The notes under the pieces: model-generated | Database searches by the model: none | What the model saw: only the letters and a program-made list of their open reading frames with translations | What the model was told of the DNA's origin: nothing | Part shown: positions 51,701 to 61,602 of the stretch, piece by piece | How positions within the stretch are numbered: position 1 is the first letter of the stretch | Layout of the letters: each line of letters starts with the position of its first letter | Program-made: the position numbers and the translations under genes | DNA from: Candidatus Eiseniibacteriota bacterium | GTDB lineage: Bacteria > Eisenbacteria > RBG-16-71-46 | NCBI GenBank assembly: GCA_963776245.1 | Contig: CAVZLN010000008.1 | Span: forward strand, 288,001-352,000 | Direction of reading: 5' to 3' | Length of the DNA: 64,000 nt

Positions 51701-52097
51701 GATGGTCGATGAAGATCGTCTGGACCTGGTTGGCGACCTGGGGGAAGCGCCGCCAGCGCGCTCCGTCGTACGCCGCGAGCCCGGATTCGGTGCCGAACCA
51801 CATCCGGCCCGTGCCGTCCCGCGTCAGGGCGTAGACCGCCGGATGCGGCAGCGAATCGCGCACCGTCGTCCAGCGCACACCGTCGAAGCGGCTCGCGCCC
51901 AACTGGGTGCCGAACCACATCGAGCCGTCGCGGTCCTCGAACAGGCACAGCACGGTGTTGCCGGCGAGCCCGTCGATGGCGCGGTAGTTCCGCCAGGCGG
52001 CCCGGGCGGGCGAACCGCCGAGGAGCAGCGCGAGGGCGCATGCCAGGAGCATCCCGCGGCGAGGGAAGGTGCCGGCTCGCTTCGATGTGCGATTCAC
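48762..52097 (-). CDS. Secreted two-component-regulator-type beta-propeller protein with YYY/Ig domains and FlgD-Ig/CHU_C-like C-terminal domain (~1110 aa)
   Basis: Signal peptide ..PARA; >15 repeats of (ED/QD)R.G.LW.GT..G; YYY-like EFRTRWDG...W...DGPHTFEVEARD; ZU5-like GGEV...KLYFPPGAF; CTD FSPRGG...VTVRIYNRAGRLV...WDGRD...DGLY...GTLAVVR. Alternative ATG at 52052. Confidence 0.85.
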   Translation of the reverse strand: MNRTSKRAGTFPRRGMLLACALALLLGGSPARAAWRNYRAIDGLAGNTVLCLFEDRDGSMWFGTQLGASRFDGVRWTTVRDSLPHPAVYALTRDGTGRMWFGTESGLAAYDGARWRRFPQVANQVQTIFIDHRGEIWIGTVDGLHRYQPATDTWQRYDSSNSPLPAWKARRIVEDDDFNLWCGAAGGLCRLDPTRTSWTCIVPTPATLASDSVLALAKDAAGALWVGTDAGAFRYRGGAWSRFRKSDGTGSDSVTAITADGAAGVWCGTDTLGLSHFDSLTWRPERETNDGQFFGKVIALMRDRQGDLWVGTGANGAYQYDGGGWADYLEVASCAPRAAGTPYFCVLPSKQISGTRSTGLARWFLPQGMAQDRGGDLWFATYDGGAARLDRTGTWTTLRRGPGRPLSDTLTAIFEDRERRLWFGSEGAGLARWDAARSQWTVESHATGLASDTVLAMLQDHAGDIWVGGEGTLGRWSGGAWSRLDLGPLAEVHAIFEDSAATLWVVTSARAYRVAPDRAQAVALTTADGLPDTLVTAACVTQSGDVWLGTALGLARLRGGVLQPVVLPVPASYTNRALSLFEDRDGALWIVTRTGVVRYLAGIAASFSVVALGSNPLGPIVQDRDGILWVSTSVGVSRFNGTSWRRVRAADGLTSDQVTGALVDRNGDLWFGSNDGLTQYRPDRAAPQSVFVTTPDTLAARRDLRVVYAAAYGEANDIEFRTRWDGVDGPWTTEVAWERADVPDGPHTFEVEARDWSRNLDPTPARIDLDVDATPPAALLSSPAFGEAVRGIIEVRGSAADPRFRRYRLELKPSRDPAWGGALTGVLADSILPVVEGALAPPLDTRALAEGAYDLRLAVTDTLGLVGTAQVTVRVDNLPPFDSVTSPAVVTPAGGEVYSTFAEVKLYFPPGAFPDGALVRVDSVLVRGPATSGPVEALEVHWDGATLLKPATFSVARAGAPADAKLCVMQPDSGWARVGGSPDATGTRLEAPIRSPGVYALLPGDLVTSVAGGAPGLSFTPRVFSPRGGFASTDVGIGFTLPRAGVVTVRIYNRAGRLVKVVAAGASLPAGANLVRWDGRDSGGEVAADGLYLVSVDAAGERLEGTLAVVR

Positions 52098-52285
52098 TTC
52101 GGCACCACCCCTCCGGTTGCGGCGCTCAGGCCGGGGGACTCGCGCGGCGACTGTCTTCAAAGACGGCCCAGCCTGCTCGATGTTGGTGGGGGCGCGAGCC
52201 GGGGTCAAGGAAAACGTCCGGTCACTCTTGGGCCGCGCACCGCGGGAAAGTCCGCCCGACGGCGGCCCAGCGACCACATCGCGCG

Positions 52286-52774
52286 CTACGGGTCGAGCGC
52301 GCTCCGGCCCTCGCGGATGCGCTGCGCGAGGTTCGTGGTGCTGTGACCTTCGCGCAGCGGGAGGCTGAGCACGCGCCCGCCGCGCGATTCGACCGACTCG
52401 CGCCCCACGATGTGCTCGATCGCCCAATCGCCGCCCTTCACCAGCACGTCGGGGCGCACCTCCTCGATCAGGCGCAGCGGCGTGTCCTCGTCGAAGACCA
52501 CCGCCAGGTCCACGCAACGCAGCGCCGCGACCAGCGCGGCGCGATCGTCCTCGCGCACGATCGGACGCGCCGGGCCCTTGAGGCGGCGCACCGAGGCGTC
52601 GGAGTTCACTCCCACCACCAGCCGGTCGCCGAGCGCGCGCGCCTGCGCGAGGTACTCGGCGTGCCCGCGGTGGAGCAGGTCGAACACGCCGTTGGTGAAC
52701 ACCACGCGCTCGCCCGCGGCGCGCCACGCCTCGAGCCGCTCGCGCGCGTCGCCCGGCAGCCGGGTGGCGCTCAC
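52286..52774 (-). CDS. rfaE2: D-glycero-beta-D-manno-heptose 1-phosphate adenylyltransferase (HldE domain II)
   Basis: [46 protein letters not shown]. Confidence 0.93.
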   Translation of the reverse strand: MSATRLPGDARERLEAWRAAGERVVFTNGVFDLLHRGHAEYLAQARALGDRLVVGVNSDASVRRLKGPARPIVREDDRAALVAALRCVDLAVVFDEDTPLRLIEEVRPDVLVKGGDWAIEHIVGRESVESRGGRVLSLPLREGHSTTNLAQRIREGRSALDP

Positions 52775-53774
52775 GCGTGCCACTCCGCGAGTGAGGCGAG
52801 CAACTGGGCGGGCGTGCACGCGGCGGTGCCGACCTCGCGGATGACCACGCCCGCGGCGTGGTTGGCGAGGGCGCACGCGTTCGGGTAGTCCGCCCCGGCC
52901 GCCAGCGCCGCGGCCACCACGCTCACCACCGTGTCGCCCGCGCCGGTGACGTCGAACACCTCGCGCGCCACCGTGGGCAGGTGGGTGCAGCGTCCGCCGC
53001 GCTCGAACAGGCTCATGCCCTGCGGCCCCCGCGTGACCAGCACCGCCTCGGCGTCGAGACGCTTCTGCAGGCCCCAGCCCACCTCCAGCAGGCTGGCCTC
53101 GTCGGTGACGCGCACTCCCTGCACGAACCCGGCCTCGTGCTGGTTGGGAGTGAGGATGGACACCCCGCGGTAGGCGTCGATGTGGCTCTCCTTGGGATCC
53201 ACGCACACCGGCGAGCCCGTGCCGGCGCGCCACGCCGAGCGCGGCCTCGAGCGTGCGCGCGTTCACCACGCCCTTGCCGTAGTCGCTCACCACCAGCGCC
53301 GCGCACCCGGGCAGCCCGCGCTCGAGCGCCGCGATCAGGCGCGCGAGCGGCTCGCCCGCGAGGTCGGCGCGCGATTCGTGGTCGGCGCGCACCACCTGCT
53401 GGCCGTTGGCGACGATGCGCGTCTTGACCGTGGTGGGCCGCGCCGCGTCGGCCAGCAGCCCGCCGAGGTCCACGCCGAGCGCGCCGAACGCCGAGCGCAG
53501 GCGCGCGGCGTCGGGGTCGTCGCCGGTGGCGGCGAACAGCACCGGCGACGCCCCGAGCGCGCACAGGTTGGCGCGCCACGTTGCCGGCGCCGCCGAGGCG
53601 GTCGCTCTCGCGCTCGACCTCGACCACCGGCACCGGCGCCTCGGGCGAGATGCGCTCGACGCGGCCCCACACGTAGCGGTCCAGCATGCAGTCGCCGAGC
53701 ACGGCGATGCGCTGGCCGGCGAAGCCCGCGACGGTGGCGCGCAGGGTCCCGAGATCGAAGGCGGAAGGGCTCAT
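52771..53774 (-). CDS. rfaE1: D-glycero-beta-D-manno-heptose-7-phosphate kinase (HldE domain I); apparent frameshifts near 53575 and 53210
   Basis: [60 protein letters not shown] spread over three frames. Confidence 0.9.
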
Positions 53775-53862
53775 CGGCGCGGCACGCTACACCGCGGCCC
53801 CGGGGCGTGCAATGGCGCACGACGCGCGTCGACCGGCGCTCCCGATCGCGCGGGCCGGGAGC

Positions 53863-54453
53863 TCACCGCGTTCGCTCCTCGCGCCCGAAATCGAACCGCT
53901 GCCGGCACCACACCGCGATCGGGCGACCCGCGCGCTCGGCGGGGAAGAACCGCATCGCGTAGGCGCAGCGCGAGGCCGCGCGCACCAGGGCGGTGTCGCG
54001 CGTGCCGCCGGCCCACGCCACGTCCACCACGCGGCCGTCCTCGTCCACGTTCACGTCCAGTTCGACACGCGCGGGGGCCGCGCCCGGGGGCACGCTCAGC
54101 GGTGCGGCCTCCCGCAGCAGCGGCGGCTTGAGCCCATCGTCCACCACCAGGGCGGGCGGCGCGTCGGCGGGCTCGACCAGTCGCTCGGTCTCGGATGCCG
54201 CATCGGGCGGCGGCGGCATCAGAGGCGCGCGTGCCGGCGAGACGCGCGCCACCCACACCCGCGCCCGCGGGGGCAGGCTCACGTCGAGCCGGATCGCGCG
54301 CCCGCTGTCGGCCAGCACGTTCACCGCCAGCGGGGACGGCCGCGCCGATGGCGCGGGCCTCCCGCGTTCGCGGGCGCAGCCCGGCACCATGCCGGCCGAC
54401 GCCGCGAGCAGCGCGAGGGCGAACGGGACCGAGTGATCGATGGGGCGGCTCAC
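53863..54453 (-). CDS. TonB C-terminal domain protein (energy transducer TonB-like)
   Basis: N-terminal hydrophobic segment, Pro-rich linker, V.LDVNVDEDGRV...AA....RFFPAERAGRPIAVW..QRFDF. Confidence 0.7.
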   Translation of the reverse strand: MSRPIDHSVPFALALLAASAGMVPGCARERGRPAPSARPSPLAVNVLADSGRAIRLDVSLPPRARVWVARVSPARAPLMPPPPDAASETERLVEPADAPPALVVDDGLKPPLLREAAPLSVPPGAAPARVELDVNVDEDGRVVDVAWAGGTRDTALVRAASRCAYAMRFFPAERAGRPIAVWCRQRFDFGREERTR

Positions 54454-54614
54454 CCGCCGGACGGTAGCACGCCGGCCCCGCCGCGGCGCGCTTGTCGCCC
54501 CCGCGGCCCGGGTCTAGAGTCGTGGGGTGGCCGGGAACCCACGGGGCACGCCCGTGCCATCGGCGCCGTGGGCGGAGCGCCCGCGCGCCGCGGCTCTCGA
54601 CCCCCGAGGTGCGA

Positions 54615-55622
54615 GTGAACTCTCGCGAGCGTGTCTGGGCGGCCCTGAAGGGCGAGCCCGTCGACCGGCCTCCGGTCTCCTTCTGGGGGCACTTCTATCA
54701 CCGCGAGTCCTCCGCCGCGGACCTCGTCGCCGCCACGCTCGAGTTCCAGCGCGAGCACAACTGGGACTGGGTGAAGCTCAACCCGCGCAAGCACTATCAC
54801 GCCGAGCCATGGGGCGTGGGCTACCGCTACAGCGGGCGCGCGAACGAGAAGCCGGTGCTCGAGGCGTGCCCGGTCCACCAGGCCACGGACTGGACCGCGA
54901 TCACCGAGCGCCCGCACGACCAGGGCGCGCTCGGCGAGCAGCTCGAGGCGGTGCGCCTGCTGAAGGCCGCCCTGCCCGCCGACGTGCCGTTCGTCCAGAC
55001 GGTGTTCACGCCGCTCGCGGTGCTGGGTGAGATGGTGGAGGAGCCCGGGGAATTGCGTCTGCACATGCGCACCCATCCGAACGCGGTGCGCGGGGCGCTC
55101 GAGGCGATCACCCGGACCTTCGAGCGCCACGTCCGCGCCGTGCTGGACGCGGGGGCCGACGGCATCTACCTGGCGACCGTGGACTGGGCGACGCGCGACA
55201 TGCTCGGCCCCGCGGAGCACCGCGAGTGGTCGCGCCCCTACGACCTGCGCCTGCTCGCGGCGGTGGCCGGCGCGCCCTTCAACGTGCTCCACGTGTGCAA
55301 GCGCCGGAACCTCCTGTTCGAATGCGCGGACTATCCGGTGGCCGCGTTCTCGTGGGCCGCCACCGATCCGCTCAATCCGTCGCTCGCCGACGCCCTGCCG
55401 CGGCTGGCGGGCGCGGTGATGGGAGGCATCACGCACGACGATTCCCTGGTGCGCGCCAGCAGCGACGAGGTGGTCGAGGAGTACCGCCGCGCGCTCGAAC
55501 AGACCAAGGGCCGGCGCTGGCTGGCGGCGCCCGGCTGTTCGATCCCACCGGCGACGCCGGCCGCCCACCTGCGGGCGGTGCGCGACGCCGTCGATTCCAC
55601 CCATCTGCCTCTGAGCGCATGA
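54615..55622 (+). CDS. Uroporphyrinogen decarboxylase (URO-D/MtbC-like) family protein
   Basis: SRERVWAALKGEPVDRPPVSFW.H, QTVFTPL, AGADGIY, FNVLHVC, APGCSIP. Confidence 0.8.
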   Translation: MNSRERVWAALKGEPVDRPPVSFWGHFYHRESSAADLVAATLEFQREHNWDWVKLNPRKHYHAEPWGVGYRYSGRANEKPVLEACPVHQATDWTAITERPHDQGALGEQLEAVRLLKAALPADVPFVQTVFTPLAVLGEMVEEPGELRLHMRTHPNAVRGALEAITRTFERHVRAVLDAGADGIYLATVDWATRDMLGPAEHREWSRPYDLRLLAAVAGAPFNVLHVCKRRNLLFECADYPVAAFSWAATDPLNPSLADALPRLAGAVMGGITHDDSLVRASSDEVVEEYRRALEQTKGRRWLAAPGCSIPPATPAAHLRAVRDAVDSTHLPLSA

Positions 55623-55655
55623 TGTGACCGACCCGTCCCCAAAGGAGGTGCCGCG

Positions 55656-56249
55656 ATGAGAGCGATTGCGATCCTCATGGCCACCACACTCGCGTGGGCG
55701 ACCCTCGCCGCCGCCCAGGAGGGACCGAAGACCACGCCTCAACCACCCGCGACGTCCACGGCCGGAACCGCGACGCCGGCGAACCCGTCGCGCTCCGGCA
55801 ACACCATAGGCGGCGCGGTGTTCGTGGACGAGATGGCCCCGGACTTCGAGCTCGACGGCTCGCTCGGGCGCCTGGTGCAGCCCTCGAAGCTGCGCGGGGA
55901 CTGGGTGGTCATGGTGTTCTCGGAACGCCGCGAAGGCCTGCAGGAGCTGGCGAGCATCTTCGGACCGCTCCGGCGCCTCGGCGCGGTGATCGTGGGGGTG
56001 TGCGACGAGAACGCGCGCACGCTCCAGAAGGCGCACGAGCGCGAGCCGTGGCCGTTCGTGGTCGCCGCCGACCCGAGCGGCGAGGTCTCGGCGATGTACG
56101 GCGTGTACGACCGGCTGCACAGCACCACGGGCTCGGGGTTCTTCGTCATCGACCGTCGGGGCGTGGTGCGGCTGGCGGTGATCGGCCCGCCGGTGCCCCC
56201 GGACGAGATCCTCAGCCTGGCGAAGATCCCGATGGGCGCCGCGCAATAG
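55656..56249 (+). CDS. Exported AhpC/TSA (redoxin)-fold protein lacking the peroxidatic Cys motif
   Basis: Signal peptide ..LAAA|Q; APDFEL...SKLRGDWVVMVF; PF.V.ADPSGEVSAMYGV; FFVIDRRGVVR; AAGGAGG RBS. Confidence 0.75.
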   Translation: MRAIAILMATTLAWATLAAAQEGPKTTPQPPATSTAGTATPANPSRSGNTIGGAVFVDEMAPDFELDGSLGRLVQPSKLRGDWVVMVFSERREGLQELASIFGPLRRLGAVIVGVCDENARTLQKAHEREPWPFVVAADPSGEVSAMYGVYDRLHSTTGSGFFVIDRRGVVRLAVIGPPVPPDEILSLAKIPMGAAQ

Positions 56250-56267
56250 CGCCACGCAATCCGCACG

Positions 56268-56305
56268 GCGAAGCCCGTCGCCCCGGCCGGGACGGCGGGC
56301 TTCGC
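56268..56305 (+). terminator. Stem-loop after the first redoxin gene
   Basis: GCGAAGCCCGTCG ... CGGCGGGCTTCGC inverted repeat; no U-tract. Confidence 0.45.
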
Positions 56306-56350
56306 GTCACTGGTCCGAACGAGTTCCGCGTGCGCCCGGGCGCACGGTTC

Positions 56351-56367
56351 CCGGCATGCCGATTGCG
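56351..56367 (+). promoter_or_regulatory. Candidate sigma54 -24/-12 promoter
   Basis: CCGGCATGCCGATTGCG: GG-N10-GC with TTGC, ~50 bp upstream of the 56418 start. Confidence 0.5.
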
Positions 56368-56417
56368 ATGGGTGTGTGGTCCCCCTGTCGATCGATCGAT
56401 TCTCCACTTCCGGAGGC

Positions 56418-57042
56418 ATGCCCGTGAGGTTCCCCACCTTGCTGGTCGCGCTCACCTTGATGGCGACCTTCCCGTATCAGAACAGCGAGGGCCTGCCGAA
56501 GGCGCGGTCCGCCTCGGAGATGTCCCCGCCGGCCCGCTCGATCAGCGCCAACAGCCCCGAGCCCGACGCGACGGTGGTGAGTCCCGGCGACCGCGCTCCC
56601 GACTTCGCCTACATCGGGGCCGATGGCTTCGGCGGCCGGCTGCGCAACCTGCTCGCCCAGGGCCCCGTGCTGCTGGTGTTCGGCGCGGGCGAATCCGACC
56701 TCGCCGCGCTGCGAGCGCGACCGTGATGCGCTGGTGGGCCTCGGGGTGATCCCGGTGGCGGTCACCAACCTCAAGGCCGGCGCGGTGCGCACGGTCGTCC
56801 GGCGCCTCTCGCTCAGCTTCCCCGTCATCCCCGATCCGCGCGCCATCGCGGCCTCCCAGTTCAACAGCCTCGATCCCGCGACCCTGCAGCCGGTGCCGGC
56901 CTGGTTCGTGGTGGACCGCTCCGGGCGCGTGCGCGGGCTGCGCCGCGGCTCGATCCCGGCCGCGCGATGGGCCGACGTCGCGGCGAACGCGCTGGCGCTG
57001 CCCTCCCCCCGGACGATGCGACCGGCCGCCAAGACGCGCTGA
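56418..57042 (+). CDS. Second exported redoxin-fold protein, Cys-less; apparent frameshift near 56715
   Basis: Signal-like N-terminus; PGDRAPDF...LLAQGPVLLVF in one frame; LSFPVIPDP..AIAASQF...PAWFVVDRSGRVR in the next. Confidence 0.7.
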
Positions 57043-57114
57043 CTCACGCCCCGACAGAGTGACGGGGGCGCTGGCCTCGCGGCCGGCGCCCCCGTTCGGT
57101 TGCGGCCCCCGCGA

Positions 57115-59483
57115 TCAGGCCGCGCGCGCGGTGCGTCCGTGGCGCTCGAGGTTCTCGCCCAGCTGGCGCAGCACGCGCTCGACGTCCTCGATCGAGAACG
57201 GCTTGGACATGATGTGGTCCACGCCGTGCGCGATGGCGGTGCCGCTCTCGAGCTGGAAGCCCCAGCCGGTCACCAGCACGACCGCGATGTCGGGCCGCTG
57301 CGACTTCACCGACAGCGCGAGGTCCCAGCCGTTCACCTCGGGCATGCCGAGGTCCGAGAACACCGCGTCGAAGCGGCTCTGCTGGAAGGTCTCGAGCCCG
57401 CTGGGCCCGCCCAGCACCGGCACCACGTCCTGTCCCATCGCCCGCAGCAGGTCGGTGAGCACCGAGAGCACCGGCTCCTCGTCGTCCACCGCCAGCACGC
57501 GCAGCCGCGGCAGCGGACCGAGCGTGGGCGGCTCGGCCGCCGCCGCGAGCACGCGCTCCGGTCGGGAACGCGAGCGTGAACTGGGTGCCGAGATTGGGCT
57601 CGCTCGCGACCGCGATGGTGCCGCGGTGGCGCGTCACGATGCCGTAGGCCACCGACAGGCCGAGTCCGGTGCCCTTCACCTGCTTGGTGGTGAAGAATGG
57701 GTCGAACACGCGAGAGCACGTCTCTTCGTCCATGCCGATGCCGTCGTCGCGGATGACCACTTCGACCTCGCGCTCCTGGTCCGCGGTGGAGATCGAGAGG
57801 TGACCGCCCCACGGCATCGCGTCCACGGCATTGAGCACCAGGTTGGTGAACACCTCGCGCAGCTCGGACGCGTTCCCGGCCAGCGGGAGCGTCGAGCGCA
57901 GGTCGAGCTCCACGCCGATGGCGATGCCGCGGCGCTTGGCGCCGGCCTCCCAGGCCGGCCGCGTCAGCTCGACCACGCCCAGCAGCACGCGGTTCACGTC
58001 GAGCGTCTCGAACGACTCGTCCTGGCGCACGCGCGTGAATTCCTGCACGCGGCGCACCGTGTTGGCGCCGTCGAGCGCGGCCTGCTCCACCACCTGGAGC
58101 TGGCGGCGCACCTCGGGGTCCTGCACGTCGTGGAGCAGCAGCTGGGTGCGGCCGAGGATGGCGGCGAGGATGTTGTTGAAGTCGTGCGCCACGCCGCCGG
58201 CCATCTCGCCGAGCGCGTTCAGCTTGGCGGAGAGCACCAGCTGGGCCTGGGCCTCGCGCAGCTCGTCGAAGGCCTTCTTCATGCCCTCGTAGAGCCGGGC
58301 GTTGGCGATCGCCGCGCTGCACTGTCCCGCGAACAGCGTCGCCAGCTCGAGGTCCCCGTCGGTGAACGGGTACTGCCCGCCGCCCGTTCGCGACATGGTG
58401 ATGACGCCCACCGCCTTCTCGCGATCGAACAGCGGCACGCACAGCAGCGAGGTCGACTCGGGCGGGGTGCCGGGCACCTGGATCGAGCGCGGATCGATCT
58501 CGGCGTGGTTCACGATCTCGCCCCGGCCGGTCTGCGCCACGGTGCCGGTGATGCCCTCGCCGAGCTTGAGCCGCACCGCCATCATCTCGTCCTTGTACGC
58601 CTCGACGTCGCACGCGGCCGCGAACAGTTCCTGGGCCGGCTCGTCGTAGAGGAACACCGTGCATTCCTCGGTCTGGATCACCTGGCGGGACTGCCGGGCG
58701 ATGGTGTTGAGGATGGTGTCGAGGTCGAGCGAGTTCACCACCGCATGGCTCACCGCCAGCAGCGCCGCGAACTTCTCCTTCTGGCGCGCTTCGCGCTGGA
58801 CCAGGTCCGCCAGCGACGCGTCGGCCAGGGCCTCGGCGACGTGCGGCGACAGCGCCACGAACACGCCCTCGGTGCGTCCCTCGAGTTTGAACTCGACGCG
58901 CGTGGCCAGCACCGTCCGCCCGGGCGCCGACTGGAATGCGAAGCGCACCAGGTGGAGCTCGTCGCCGGGCGCGCCGCCGGCCGCCAGCGCGTGCAGGACC
59001 GCATCACGCTGCGAGGGCTCGAGCAGCTCGCCGAACGCGCGGCCCTCGACCTGCTCGCGCGGCTCGCCCAGCAGGGCGAGCAACGGCGCCGTTCGCCAGC
59101 CGCACCCGCTGCTCGGCGTCGAGGTAGACCATCGGCGAGGCCACGCACTCGATCAGCGGGCGGAAGGTCTCGAGCATGCCGCGGAGGGGCTCGCGCTCGT
59201 CCCCCGGCGCGGGCAGGTCGTCGGGCATGAGCATCGCCAGCTCGGCACGCGCGACCGCCGACGCGGGAACGCCGAGGCTCAGCCAGCGCCGTGCGGTCTC
59301 GCGCAGCACGGTGAACGAGTGCACCCGTCCGGGGTCTTCGAGCGCGGACTCGAAGCGCTCGAGCAGACCATCGGCCTCGGACGACGCCCATTCCTCGCCG
59401 AGCGCCGGACCGAGCTGACGGACGATGGCATGGACGAGGCGCGACCGGTACTTGCGCACCAGCTGGCCTGCGGCGGCAGACAA
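57115..59483 (-). CDS. Hybrid sensor histidine kinase (PAS-GAF-HisKA-HATPase-REC); apparent frameshifts near 59090 and 57555
   Basis: GAF (GEGITG.VA..G, SLLCVPL), H-box AGGVAHDFNNIL, NLVLNAVDAM, DDGIGM, FDPFFTTK..GTGLGL, REC VLAVDDE..SDLGMP..KPF; TTG start with GGAGG RBS. Confidence 0.88.
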
Positions 59484-59541
59484 GCGATCTCCTCCATGGC
59501 AGGGGGGACACGGCCCATCCTGGGCCCGTTACACCCATGGG

Positions 59542-59570
59542 TCATCGGCCTGACAAGCAGCGGCCTTGAG
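59542..59570 (-). promoter_or_regulatory. Possible sigma28-like promoter for the hybrid kinase
   Basis: Minus strand CTCAAG-N15-GCCGATGA, ~60 bp upstream of the kinase start. Confidence 0.35.
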
Positions 59571-59927
59571 CAATGCCCGCGCGGCGGGCGCCCCCCCGGG
59601 AGCTGGGCAGTCGGCGTGTGCCGGATGCTCGGGGAGCGGGCCGGGGGGCCGACAAGACGCTCAGCAAGGCCCGGCGACGCGGTTCGGGTGGGCCGGGCCC
59701 GAAGGGGTGCGTGTGGGTATTAGCACCCCGTAGGGTCTGGCGCACCCGGATCGCGTCGCCGGCGTGCGCCCACAGCCCACTCTCCCCGGGTGTTGACGCG
59801 CCGCGCCGCCGGCGGCTAACGTGCGTCCGTCGGCCCCCGCCGCGATGCGGGGGCCGGTGCGTTCCCGCCCGCGCGACCTCCCCGGCCGCCTCCGCACCCC
59901 GGCACCCGCCCCCGCCCGAGGTTCAGC

Positions 59928-61445
59928 ATGCTGTGCCGCGTGCGCACCGCCGCGCTGTGGGGTCTGGAGGCCTTCCCGGTCGAGTGCGAGGTGGACGTCG
60001 GCCCGGGCCTGCCCGGGTTCGTGCTGGTCGGGCTGCCCGATGCCTCGGCGCGCGAGGCCCGCGACCGCGTGTGGCCCGCGCTGCGCAACGCCGGCTTCGA
60101 GCCGCCCGACCGCCGCGTGACCGTGAACCTCGCTCCCGCCGGTCGCCGCAAGGAAGGTGCCTCGATGGACCTCGCCATCGCCCTCGGCGTGCTCGCCGCC
60201 ACCGGGCAGGCGCCACGCCGCACGGCTCGACGGCGCCGCGGTGCTGGGCGAGCTGGCGCTCGACGGCACGCTGCGCGGGGTGCGCGGCACGCTCTCGCTC
60301 GCCGAGGCCGCGTGGCGCGCCGCGGCCGGCACGCTGGTGTGCGCCGGCGCCGCCGCGCCCGAGGCGGCGCTGGTCGAGGGGCTCGCGGTGCACGCGATGG
60401 CCGGGCTCGGGGACGCGGTCGCGTGGATGCGCGGCGCGGAGGTCGCGCGCGCGGAGCCCGCCCCGCCGGACGGGGCCGCGGCGCCGAGGACGGCGACCTC
60501 GCCGACGTGCGCGGCCAGGCGCTGGCGCGCCGCGCGCTCGAGATCGCCGCCGCGGGCGGACATCACATGCTGCTGGTGGGCCCGCCGGGCGCGGGCAAGT
60601 CCATGCTCGCGCGCCGCGTGCCCGGCATCCTGCCGCCGCTCGAGCCGGACGAGGCGCTGGTGGTGACGCGGCTGCACTCCGCCTCCGGACTGCGCGCGCC
60701 CGGATGCGGGCTGATGCGCAGTCGGCCGTTCCGCGCGCCGCATCACTCGGTCTCGCTCGCCGGGTTGGTCGGCGGCGGCAGCCCGCCGCGCCCGGGCGAG
60801 ACTCTCGCTCGCGCACCACGGCGTGCTGTTCCTCGACGAACTGGCCGAGTACCCGCGTCACCTGCTCGACGCGCTGCGCGAGCCGCTCGAGACCGGCAGC
60901 GTATGGATCACGCGCGCCGCCGGCACCGCGCGCTTCCCGGCGCGGGCGCTCATGATCGCGGCGATGAACCCCTGCCCCTGTGGCTGGCTCGGGCATCCGA
61001 AGCGCGGCTGTCGCTGCACGCCCGGCGACCTGCAGCGCTACGCCGCGCGCGTGAGCGGACCGGTGCTCGACCGGCTCGACCTGCAGATCGAGGTGCCGGC
61101 GCTCACGGCTCGGAGGAGCTGCTGCGCGCCTCACCGGGCGAGCCGAGCGCCAGCGTGCGCGCGCGCGTGCTCGCGGCGCGGGTGCGCCAGCGCGCCCGCG
61201 GCGCGCTCAACGCGACGCTGCCCAATGCCACGCTGCGCCAGCAGGTCGCCCTCGACGAGGCGGGACGGCGGCTGCTCGGCGAGGCGGTGGATCGCGGCGG
61301 CATGAGCGCGCGCGCGGTGCACCGCGCGATGCGCGTGGCGCGCACCATCGCCGACCTCGCCGGCGAGGAGCGCGTGAGCACGCTGCGCCTGGCGGAAGCG
61401 CTGCAGTACCGGGCGTACGAGACGCGGAGATGCGTCGCGGGATGA
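59928..61445 (+). CDS. yifB: YifB/ComM Mg-chelatase-like AAA+ ATPase; several apparent frameshifts (~60220, 60485, 60800, 61110)
   Basis: [92 protein letters not shown]. Confidence 0.9.
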   Translation: MLCRVRTAALWGLEAFPVECEVDVGPGLPGFVLVGLPDASAREARDRVWPALRNAGFEPPDRRVTVNLAPAGRRKEGASMDLAIALGVLAATGQAPRRTARRRRGAGRAGARRHAARGARHALARRGRVARRGRHAGVRRRRRARGGAGRGARGARDGRARGRGRVDARRGGRARGARPAGRGRGAEDGDLADVRGQALARRALEIAAAGGHHMLLVGPPGAGKSMLARRVPGILPPLEPDEALVVTRLHSASGLRAPGCGLMRSRPFRAPHHSVSLAGLVGGGSPPRPGETLARAPRRAVPRRTGRVPASPARRAARAARDRQRMDHARRRHRALPGAGAHDRGDEPLPLWLARASEARLSLHARRPAALRRARERTGARPARPADRGAGAHGSEELLRASPGEPSASVRARVLAARVRQRARGALNATLPNATLRQQVALDEAGRRLLGEAVDRGGMSARAVHRAMRVARTIADLAGEERVSTLRLAEALQYRAYETRRCVAG

Positions 61446-61602
61446 GCGAACGCCTCGAAACACCACTCCCCCCGCCTGGCGTGGGCCGCGCACCCTCCCG
61501 CTGCGCTTCCCCGAGTCCACCCGACGGCCACCGCCGGGCGCACGTCCCCGTCCCGTGCACGTGCAGGTCGGCCTGCACATCCACGGGCTCGCGGCTCATG
61601 CG

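Noticed and set aside
55850..55960. Selenocysteine-containing redoxin
   Set aside because: No in-frame TGA at the active-site position; the loop is simply absent.
52771..61445. Cluster of broken genes (rfaE1, redoxin 2, hybrid kinase, yifB) as genome decay
   Set aside because: Only frameshifts, with no in-frame stops or deletions seen; full domain sets are recoverable, consistent with uncorrected indels.
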